DNA from: Dendrobates tinctorius
Taxonomy: Eukaryota
NCBI RefSeq assembly: GCF_039654945.1
Contig: NW_027361684.1
Span: forward strand, 19,406,001-19,470,000
DNA length: 64,000 bases
Direction: 5' to 3'
The notes below the pieces were generated by a model, which made no database searches, was not told the DNA's origin, and saw only the letters and a program-made list of their open reading frames with translations. This document shows positions 11,301 to 22,200 of the stretch, one piece after another (the stretch's first letter is position 1; each line of letters starts with the position of its first letter). Both the position numbers and the translations under genes were made by a program.

Positions 11301-14054
11301 CATGTTCCACATGAGAATCCCAATCCTTGGAGAAGATCAAAATATCATCCAGATAGATAATCAAAAATTTATTGACAAAATCTCGGAAAATATCGTTCAT
11401 GAAGCACTGGAAGACAGAAGGGGCATTAGTGAGCCCAAAAGGCATCACCAGGTACTCAAAATGTCCCTCCGGAGTATTAAACGCTGTCTTCCATTCATCT
11501 CCATGCTTAATGCGAATAAGATTATACGCCCCCCTGAGGTCAAGCTTGGTAAACCAGCAAGCACCTTTAACTCTAGAGAATAGATCCGAAATCAGGGGTA
11601 ACGGATACTGATATTTAACAGTAATCTTGTTGTGGGCACGATAATCAATACAAGGTCTTAATGATCCATCCTTTTTGGCTACAAAAAAAACCCAGCACCT
11701 AAGGGTGAAGAGGATGGTCTAATATGACCCTTCTCCAATGTCTCCTTAATATAGGATCGCATAGCCTCGTGCTCGGGTACAGATAAATTGAAAAGTCGAC
11801 CCTTGGGGAATTTACACCCCGGGTTCAGCTCAATAGCACAGTCATAACTCCTATGAGGAGGCAAAGACGCAGACTCATTCTCACTAAATACATCATAAAA
11901 GTCAGCCAAATAGTCAGGAACATCATGTGACTGGGGAGAGGTGGAGAAAACAGGAGCATCACTAAGGGCACACCGACAACCCCAACTCACCACAGACAAA
12001 GATTTCCAATCCAGAACTGGATTATGGATTTGTAACCAGGGAAATCCCAGAACAATGGTATCATGCAGATTATGCAACACCAAAAATCTGCAATTTTCCT
12101 GATGGTCTGGGGCGACCCGCATCACCACCTGGGTCCAAAACTGAGGTTTATCTTTAGCCAAAGGAGTAGCATCAATCCCCCTCAAAGGGATAGGCGTCCG
12201 CAGAGGTGTCATAGGAAATCCACAACGTTTAGCAAAATCCAAGTCCATTAGGTTTAGAGCTGCTCCCGAATCCACAAATGCCTTGGCGGAAAATGTGGAC
12301 AGGGAGCAGATCAGAGTAATAGCCAGAAGAAACTTAGGTTGAACACCACCAACAGAAAACGTGTGTGCAAAGCGTTTCTCTAGTTTAGGACAGACAGAAA
12401 TAATATGCGAGGCATCTCCACAGAAAAAGCACCACTTATTACGCCTTCTGAACTCCTGACGCTGCTCTCTGGAGAAAACTCTATCACATTGCATAGGTTC
12501 AGTCATTTGTTCAACAGGTGGCAACACCTCTCGTGCAGTTTTGCGTTCGCGCAAACGCCGATCAACCTGAATGGCTAATGACATAGAATCGTCAAGACCA
12601 GAGGGAACAGGAAATCCCACCATAGTATCTTTTACGGCTTCTGACAAACCCTTCCGAAAGAGAGCAGCCAAGGCATTATCATTCCAGGTAGTAAGTACCC
12701 CCCACTTTCGGAATTTTTGACAGTACAATTCTGCAGAATCTCGACCCTGATTCAATGCCAGCAGGGTCTTTTCAGCCTGATCAATGGCATTAGGTTCGTC
12801 ATACAACAAGCCCAAGGCTTGAAAAAATGCGTTCACATTAGTCAGAATAGGATCATCTGGTTTCAAAGAAAACGCCCAATCCTGGGGATCGCCACGAAGC
12901 AAAGAGATGACAATTTTAACCTGCTGCGCGGAGCTCCCTGACGAGTTAGGCTTCAAGGCAAAAAATAATTTACAATTATTTTTGAAATTTAAAAATTTAG
13001 ACCGATCACCACAAAATACATCAGGTGTAGGAATCTTTGGTTCAGCAGCATGTGAATGAGCAAGGTAGGCGGAAATTCCTCGCACTTCCGCTGCGAGCTG
13101 CTCCACACGATCAGACAATTGCTTTATCTCCATTGAGAGAAAAAAAAATATTCCCCCTACGGCCTCAGAGATATAGAGGAAAAAATATACACACTTTTTT
13201 TTTTTTTTTTTTTACAATTCTTTCCTGCTATTAAGTACCCTAGGATCTGCGGTCAGGCGGGTGATTCTGTTATGATTGAGTGACCGTAGGAGGCAGACAC
13301 AAAAATAGAAGCTACGTCCAGAAAACCAGAGGAGCTGGCAACTATCCGATTGCAGACCCCTGAACCTATCAACACAACTAGCAGTAGCCGTGGGGGGTAC
13401 CTACGGTGCCCTAGACCCCTCGAACACAGCCGGAGACCTATATAGCCTAAAGATAGAAAGGGAAATCTAAACTGCCCCAGAGCAGACCCCAAAGTAAAAG
13501 GCAGCCCCCAACATATAATGACGGTGAAGCAAGATGAAAAAACACTGACACAGATAGAAAGATAGGCTGAGCAAACGTTGGGGCCCAATCTAATCTAAAC
13601 AGGAAAGGAAAGGAAAGCTGCTGTCTGCAATCGGCAAAAAACCCTATCAAAAACATAGGCCAGCAAGCTGAAATGGAAAAAGACCCTGAAGCAACTAAGC
13701 TTCAAAAGTAAATCAGCACTCTGGTATTTTCAGGAGACAGAGCTAAGGAGTTCAGCTCACCCCAGCAGGGAATGGCTGAAATCCAGAAAAAACAAAGCAA
13801 GGCACAATTGCAAAAAGCAAGGAAGAAAACTTAGCTTTAGCAGAGCAGGAATTCAGACTGGACTCCAAGGATACCACAGAGAAATCACCCGCAGGGAGAA
13901 TGGGCGTATGCATCCTTATATCCAGTCTGTGACTCCACTCAGCCAGTCATCATCATTAATCTCAGGTGTCTGATAATCAGACTCACTACCTCTCCTTACC
14001 AGAAGAGGGAGTTCCTCGGGCCTCAGTGATGAAGGGGAAAATGAACTCACAACA
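8330..14054 (-). mobile_element. Full-length Ty3/Gypsy chromovirus (Tf1/sushi-like) LTR retrotransposon
   Basis: LTRs 8330-9113 and 13268-14054 (about 6 substitutions), TSD CTAACC (8324-8329, 14055-14060), PPT AAGGGGGAGG next to the 3' LTR, gag-PR-RT-RH-IN-chromodomain. Confidence 0.96.
8978..13133 (-). pseudogene. Chromovirus gag-pol, disrupted (frameshifts ~11690 and ~9545, in-frame deletion ~11147)
   Basis: CFFCGDASHIISVC knuckle, FVDSGA protease, YLDD RT, VDAS RNase H, HHCC/DDE integrase, GPY, EYEVEKVLDSR..YLVKWKGY..NSW chromodomain. Confidence 0.93.
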
Positions 14055-14073
14055 CTAACCAGAAAATAATATG

Positions 14074-14113
14074 TTTGCAAGTTTTCAGAGCACAGAAGCT
14101 CCTTCTTCAGGCT
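14074..14113 (-). ncRNA. Degenerate minimal hammerhead motif in a Penelope-like pseudo-LTR fragment (about 8290-8329 plus 14055-14290, split by the chromovirus)
   Basis: Reverse complement GC-CUGAAGA-A-GGAGC-UUCUGU-GCUCU-GAAA-ACUU-GC. Confidence 0.6.
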
Positions 14114-14589
14114 GGATTACAAATGAATTAATAAGAAAAAGGCACAACATTTCAGTGATATTACAGTAGGACATTTGTTCATGAGGTGGGAGAGGTGATG
14201 CCACCTAAAGATTAGCCATGGAAATCAAATTAGACATTTATGTACATCAATTTTTCTGGCTAACACGGTATTACAATAAAATGTATTAAAATCACAGAAG
14301 AAAATCCAGTTCACCACCTGCGATTCCACACTTCTGAAGCATGGATAGCATCTGGGCAGGGTGCACACCCAATGGAGAAAGCAGAAAAATCCAGCTCAAA
14401 TGCACTCTTTGTTCTTGACAAAGAGAACATGTCACTCTTAACGCATCTAAAGATGTCTGTATTCTCTTTTTTTGAACACACAATTTTAATCTTTGCTTCA
14501 TGTGCTTTGGAAAATAAAATGCACATTTTTGGACTTCATCTGTGAGATGGATTTTTCTGCTTTCTCCAACAAAATGTATTATTGTACAT

Positions 14590-15270
14590 CACTCTACAGG
14601 AGTAAGAGAAGATCCCACTGACCACGAGAGTCTACAACTTACAAGAGGGAGAGAGGACCCCGCTGACCATGGTAGCTCAAACTCTACATGAGTGATTAGA
14701 GGATCCCGCTGACCACGAGGGCTAACAATCTATAGGAGAGAGAGGACCCTGCTGGCTATAAGAACTTACAATCTACAGGAGTAAGAGAGGACCCCCACTG
14801 ACCAGAAGATCTTACACTACAGGAGTGAGCGAGGATCCCGTTGACCAAGAGAGCTTACACTCTGCAGGAGAGAGAGGACTCCGCTGACCATAAGAGCTTA
14901 CACTCTACAGGAGAGAGAGGACCCCGCTGACCATAAGAGCTTACAATCTACAGGAGAGAGAGGACCCCACTGATCATAAGAGCTTATACTCTATAGGAGA
15001 GAGAGGACCCTGCTGGCTATAAGAACTTACAATCTACAGGAGTAAGAGAGGACCCCCACTGACCAGAAGATCTTACACTACAGGAGTGAGAGAGGATCCT
15101 GTTGACCAAGAGAGCTTACACTCTGCAGGTGAGAGAGGACTCCGCTGACTATAAGAGCTTACAATCTACAGGAGAGAGAGGACCCCACTGATCATAAGAG
15201 CTTACACTCTACAGGAGAAAAAGAGAGAGGACTGTGCTGTCCATGAGAGTTTACACTCTACAGGAGTGAA
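14590..15270. repeat. ~43-45-bp minisatellite related to 7997-8260, ~15 units
   Basis: GAGAGGACCCCGCTGACCATAAGAGCTTACA(C/A)TCTACAGGA units. Confidence 0.85.
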
Positions 15271-15968
15271 AGACTTGCTTAAGTGACTATGGATATGGAA
15301 AACCTTTCTGCTGTACAAACTGTGCTCTACTAAAAACGTGATATCTGTGATGGCCCAGGTACTGACCACCACTGTCCAAGGTATGTTGTCTATAAGAAGT
15401 CATAGCTGCAGGGCATTAGGAGGAGGCCCCGCAAAAAGATATTAACCTGCAAGTTTTTTTTTCTGCAAACTGCAAATCGAATCTCAATTTGTTTGAATTC
15501 GCGTGAAACCACAAATTTCAGGAAATTTAACTCAAACTCAATCCTCCACAGATCGATCCACTTATCATTAGACATACATTCATACAATAGTCAAAAGGAT
15601 TCTGTAGAATTTAATGGTTTCATTTAAAAGACTTACCATTCCCACCCTCAAGTCCAAGTAATCATGGTGCAATGTCATGCCCACACCTCTCACAGTCATA
15701 GTTTAATAAAATAGATTTTTTTAACAAATTTTGGAAAAAACAATGCTTTTTGATTGATTGCATAGATTTCTAGATATAGCAGTACTTCCTTCTGTAAATC
15801 AAGTATTGCATCAATGAAGTTGTTTGATATACAATGTGATACATTAATATTTAATCGACTACCGACTCCCTGCAATGTTATCTAGATGTTCAGCAGATTA
15901 CAAAAATATTATTTTTTTTTAACTTTTTTAATGATAATATCCTGCACGTAACCATCAGGACCCTACAG

Positions 15969-16085
15969 ATTGGTGCTGCCACACTATTGGGCCGCCCATG
16001 GGATGTCACTCTGTCCTGTCACTCTTTACAGCCCTGCCTATAAATTACAAGGTGAGTGGAGAGACTTTACTTAGAGAAAGAGCAG
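15969..16085 (+). promoter_or_regulatory. Probable peroxidase core promoter and short non-coding first exon
   Basis: Two inverted CCAAT (ATTGG 15969, 15986), GC-rich GGGCCGCCC, TATAAAT 16039-16045, donor CAG|GTAAGA after 16085, 72-nt intron to TTTTCAG at 16157. Confidence 0.55.
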
Positions 16086-16167
16086 GTAAGATTATACTTA
16101 CAGTCTTTTACATTGACTCATATCAGTTAGTTTTATTTCATTGTATTTTTTTTTCAGATGTCACAAA

Positions 16168-16243
16168 ATGAAGTTTCTGCATATTTGTGCTGCATTCCTG
16201 CTGGCAACTTTACTAACACAGATAAAAGCAACTTCCAGTCAAG
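16168..16243 (+). CDS. Peroxidase coding exon 1 (signal peptide [25 protein letters not shown])
   Basis: AAAATGA start, hydrophobic core, donor AAG|GTAAAT phase 1, matching the phase of the next exons. Confidence 0.8.
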
Positions 16244-19200
16244 GTAAATTGTTTTTCTTTGTAATTGTGTTACAACATAATGCAATATCATTATCAACTA
16301 TGGGAAAAAAAAATATTTTTTTTTCATTACAATTTTGAACAGTAATTTTTGGGGTATGTGCACACATTTATATTTGCAGCAAACTTTCGTGCTACAAAGA
16401 CCAGAGTGTTGGCAGGAAAAACACTGTGTAAATTAAGCACCATGTGGCTGTATTTTCTGCGTGTTCTTGTGTGCGTTTTTGATGCGTTTTTTACTTACGT
16501 TTTTTTCCCCATTCATTTGAATGGATGAAAAAAATTGCAAAAAAGCTGGAAGAATTGACCCTGCTGCAGATTAAAAAAGAAAAAAAACTTTCTGAAGGCT
16601 CAAATCTATAAGGAAAGTTGCATGTGCTTGAAATTTCACAAATTCTGCATTGAGAAAACACAGCAAAAACACAGTGTGTGAACAAGCGCTTACATAAATG
16701 TCACTGCTCTGTAACTTATATCTTTCTTTGCAGGATTCCATATACATAACACTGGTAATAGTTCAACGGTTGTAATATATCCTACGGATGCATTTTTATT
16801 GGGGTGTTAAATGAAGAATGTTCACACATTGCATATATTTCCTGCATTTTTTACCAAACCGTTTTTGCAGTGACAAAAGCAGCATTTTAATGCTCCAGAA
16901 AACTGAATAAGATTTCTGAAATCTCATGTCCATGTTGCTTTTTTATTTTATTTTTTCATTGAAGATTTGAAGCCGTTTTAGTGTTTTTGCAACATGTTTC
17001 ACCCATTTTAATGAATGGGGAAAAAAAACAACACACTAAAACACAAAAAAAACGCATGCAAAAACGTAACTGGGCATGCACCCACAAACTGCTGTACAGT
17101 ACTCAGCAGTCTCCAGCAGTCTCATAGATAATTAATGGAACAATGACTTACATATGATACAAAGGATTGCTCCATTCTCAGGATCTTTACCGATAATTGT
17201 AAATGAAATGACAAGAAAAGATAATTGCTAAAAGGTTTTTCCTCCCTTGGCAAGATATTCCATACTTGTATAGTACAGATGGGACCTGCGTGTTTCTTGA
17301 CATCGGGGCCCGGAGGGTATGTTTCCACGGTCAGTATTTGCTGCGGATTGGACGCTGCGTACAGCTGCAGCGTCCAATCCACAGCGTCCAGATATTACAG
17401 CATAGTGGATGGGATTTTCTGAAATCCCATCTCCACTATGCATTCAAACACCGCAGTGTGGATCACTGCACGAAGTGTCAGAGGCACTTCAATTGCAGAG
17501 AGAGGAAGAAAAATGGATTCTCTTGTGTGATCACACCAAGGTTTGTAATGTGAAATTTTAACCTTATGGATCACTCTAGAGAATCCATTTTTCCTACTCT
17601 CTATATATATTGGAAACTCCCCAAAAGTTATACCATCTAAAAAAGTGCATTCATCAAATACTTCAAAATTCTTGTCAGGAAATTTTTTTTACCTTTCACG
17701 TTTTCCTCAAATGTGTTGCTTTATCTCCATTTTTTCCCTTTTTATAAGGAACTAGCTGAAGAGCCCGGCGCTGCCCGGGCATAGTAACTAACTCTGGTTA
17801 GTTATAACAAATTATAATTATCCTCCATCCCATAGTCCCGTGCCCATATATCAGGGCCGGACTGGGACAAAAAAGCAGCCCTGCCACACAAACCCCACCA
17901 GCCCACAAACTATAACACTCCTCACCTCAGTCAGTGAATTTTGCTTTACTTTGTCGTGCTCCTCAATCTCCTAAAAGCAGACATTTCAAGAGCCACATGT
18001 GAATGGCACCACACTGCGTATGATCGACCACAGCTGCATTTACATGCTGCTCTACATAGTTCCAATTTTCAGGATCATGGGGGTCCCAGCAGTCGGATCT
18101 CCAGCAATTGAAAAGTTATCCCCTATCCAGAGGAGAGGGGATTACATGGGATAATGCATTTAAACCGTTTTTCCAATATTTTATTTTTATTTGGCCATAG
18201 TAATATTTAAAATACTAAACCAAAATTGACCCTCCCAAAGTACAATGTGGCCTCTTTGACAACAAGACAGGAGAAGTGGGTAGTGTGCAAGTCATACAGG
18301 TCTGGCTCCAGGTTTTTGAGGGCCCCGGGTGAAAGTTTCAGTGGCCCCTTTAACACATACCACAATTCATAATGCACATATACAGCAGAGAAATCTAGGT
18401 ATACAATGCCAAAGATTTCACTTCTTACATTACATGAGTGATAACTATTGTACAATAGGTCAGAAACCAGACAGTATAGTCCTCCATACAGAATAATGAG
18501 CCCCATATAATGCTCCATACAGAATAATGAGCCCCATATATTGCTGCATACAAAATAATAAGCCCCATATAATGCTCCATATTGTATTATGAGTACCACA
18601 TAGTGCTCCATACAATATATTGAGCCCCATATATTGCTCCATACAGTATTATGGGTATGCCAAAGTGCTCCATACAGTATAATGAGCCCCATATTTTGCT
18701 CCATACAGCATTGTGGGTACCACATAGTGTTCCATACAGTATAATGAGCTCCATATATTGCTCACCATATATTGCTCCCAGCAGTATAATGAAACCCATA
18801 TAATGACCCCAAACACTATAATGAGCCCCAGATAATGCTCCAAACAGTGGAATGAGCCCTACATAATACTGCATACAGTATAATGAGCCCCATACCTTGC
18901 TCCATACAGAATGGGCCCCATATAATGCTGCATACAGAATAAGTTCCATATAATGCTCAGTACTTTATATGATGGGTCCGATACATTGCTACAAACAGAA
19001 TGGGGTTCATATAATGCTCCATATATAATGGGCCCCATATGATGCTCCATTATATGATGGGCCCTATATAATGCTCCATATATAATGGGCCCCATATGAT
19101 GCTCCATTATATGATGGGCCCCATATAATGCTCCATATATAATGGGCCTCATATGATGTTCCCGTATATAATGGGCCCCATATTATGCTTCAGTATAATG

Positions 19201-22200
19201 GGCCCCATATGATGCTCAATACATAATGTTCCCCATATGATGCTTCAGTATATGATGTACCCCATATGATGCTCCAGTATATGATGGGCCCCATATATGG
19301 CTCAAAACATTTAAAAAAAAGAAACCTAAAATCCTCCCCTCTCCTCGCTGGCCGCTACTCTTCTCTGGACACCTTAGCGTCACCATCTTCCGGCTCTCTG
19401 CACTGTGACTCTTCAGGCAGAGGGCGCACAGAAGTGACCTCATCGCACCCGCTGACCTGAAACGTCACAGTCAGAAGACGCCACAGCGGAGGAGCAGGAA
19501 GAGGTACGTATCGCAAGTGCCGGGGCCATGAGCAAGTGGGGAGGGGCAGACTCTCTATTAGCCCATGTGGCAACAGTTTAGTTCCACAGCAGAGAAAGGC
19601 TATGTTATGGATCTGACACGTTGCCACATGGGTTAATAAAGAGTCTGCCGCTTTCCACAATTTATCAGAGTGATTATATATATTAAATATATACACATAC
19701 ACATATATACATGCATATACACACAGACACACACATAATAAGCTCAGATACTGAGAATTACACCAATTATACAGGACAGAAGTATACACAGCTCCACAAT
19801 ATATACTGTGGTAAGGAATATAGAGTGCAGCTGTGTATATAGTGTATAGTCGGACTCACCCTCGCAGACACGCTCAAAGACATGCATGCAGACATGTACA
19901 GAAAGACACTCACACACTCACTTAGATAAGTACATAGATATGCTTATAGACACTCTTATATACGCACGCACACAAACATGCTTATAAACAATCGCACGGA
20001 GAATCGCACGCATGCAAGCAGACACACACGCAGACACACACGCAAGCAAACACACAAGCAGACATGCACGCAAGAAAACACGCATGCAAGCAAGCAGACA
20101 TGCAGTCTAGCTTGCAGGCATGCTTATAGAAATGATTATACACATGCATGCAGACATGCTTATAGACACACCCACAGACACGCTTGCAACATGCATAAAG
20201 ACACGCTTATAGACACACTCGCAGACATGCTCAAATGCATACACATCCTCCATCCCATAGTCCCATGCCCATATACCCATCACACATCCTCCATCCCATA
20301 GTCCCATGCCCATATACCCGTCATACATATACTTCATCCCATAGTCCCGTGCCCATGTACCCATCATACATATCCTCCATCCCATAGTCTCGTGCCCATA
20401 TACCCATCATACATATCCGCCATCCCATAGTCCTGCGCCCATATACCCATCATACATATCCTCCATCCCATAGTCGAGTGCCCATATACCTATCACACAT
20501 CCTCCATTCCATAGTCCCGTGCCCATATACCCATCATACATATCCTCCATCCCATAGTCCAGTGCCCATATACCCATCACACATCCTCCATCCCATAGTC
20601 AACCATTATGATATCATAATGAGCGGCAGGGCTTGCAACCTATGATGACATCAGCGTCGCCATGGCAACCATTATGACATCATAATGAGGGGCGGGGCTT
20701 GATGCACACACACTTTTTCCCCATTATGTAGATAGGGCCAAAATTGTTTGGTGAATTGGAACGCGCGGGGTTAAAATTTCGCCTCACAACATCGCTTAGG
20801 ACATTCTCGGGGTCCAGATGTGTGACTTTGCCAAATTTTGTGGCTGTAGCTGCGACGGTGCGGATGCCAATCCCGGACATACACACATACACACATACAT
20901 ACATACACACACTTGAGCTTTATATATTAGACAAGGGATAACAGGCGAAAATGGACCCCAAAATTTGTTATGCAATTTTTACTTGGCGTGACAGTATCAC
21001 ATATGTGGTTGTACACTACTTTTTTCCACTAAAATACTATTTAGCACCAAATTTTGAATTTCCACGAGGGGCAATAAGATAAAATGGACCCCATAATTTT
21101 TATGCGATTTTTATTGAACGGGGCAGTGCCCCATATGTTGTGGTACACTATCGCTGAGCATGACAGGGATCAGATGGGGAGGAGCGCAACATGGCTTTTA
21201 GAATGCAGATTCTGTTTGAACAGATTGGGGGCTCCATTAGCCGAGCCAATGAGGTGCCAAATAAACAGACCCTCCCCCAAGTGATTTAACATTAGAAGCT
21301 TCAGTGCTTGAGGGTTTCATCTAGGGTTATGGTTAGTATTTTGAACCCACATGTGTCTCACAGAATTGTATAACATTGGAAGGTAGTACTTAATATTTTA
21401 GTTGTAAAAAGGTAATTTTTGAATTTGCTGCAAATTTGTCAGTTACACAAGGTTTAATAGGTGAAACTGTACCCCACAATTTATTGCGTAATTTCTCCAG
21501 AATGCTTTGATACCCTATTTGTCATCGGAAACTACTGTTGGAACACATATTAGGGCTGAGAAGGAAGGAGCACTGTTTGGCTTTTGGAGCACAGAATTTG
21601 CTAGAATAATTTGCGGGCGACATTTGCATAGCCCCTAAGGTGTCAGAACAGTACAAAACCCTAAAATGTGACCCCATTGTAGAAACTGCACCTCTCAATG
21701 AATTCATCTTTGGCTGCAGTGACTATTTTGTATTATCCAGATATAACCAGCTTACGGCCCATACATTGTTCCTCCATACAGTGTAGAACTCCCAAATAGT
21801 CTAGAGCCCCCTTACATTGTGCGCAGCTTGTACTCCTGGAGACACGCACCCCGCAAATTGATAAACGCGCTCTCCCCAAAACGATGCCAAACATGTGGCT
21901 GTTTACCGTGGTTTAGGCACAGTGGGGTTTAGAAGGAGGGGGGCATTTGGATTTGGGAGCACACATTTCACTTGATTTTATTTGAGGGGGTAGGAGAATG
22001 TTCCTTTTTTCAAAGTCTTTGTTCTACCGGTAACGTAGGACCCCCTATAATTCCAGTGACAGGTGACAGACCTGAGTGGGGGCTGGGGCAGGATAAGTTA
22101 GGGTATTCATTTGTAACATTTTGGGGGATAAAGCTGGGATCACATTCTTGCATTCTACTCTGAGCACTTACGTTGGGGTTTCCATGTAAATCCTAGAAAA

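Larger units (their letters stand above)
17752..20931 (-). mobile_element. Non-autonomous Helitron with nested hAT-like fragments and minisatellites
   Basis: Minus strand starts TCTAATATATAAAGC and ends with GC hairpin CCCGGGCAGCGCCGGG then CTAG|T; no TSD. Confidence 0.65.

Noticed and set aside
18207-19460. Many Tyr/Gly/Met-rich ORFs
   Set aside because: Translations of a minisatellite.
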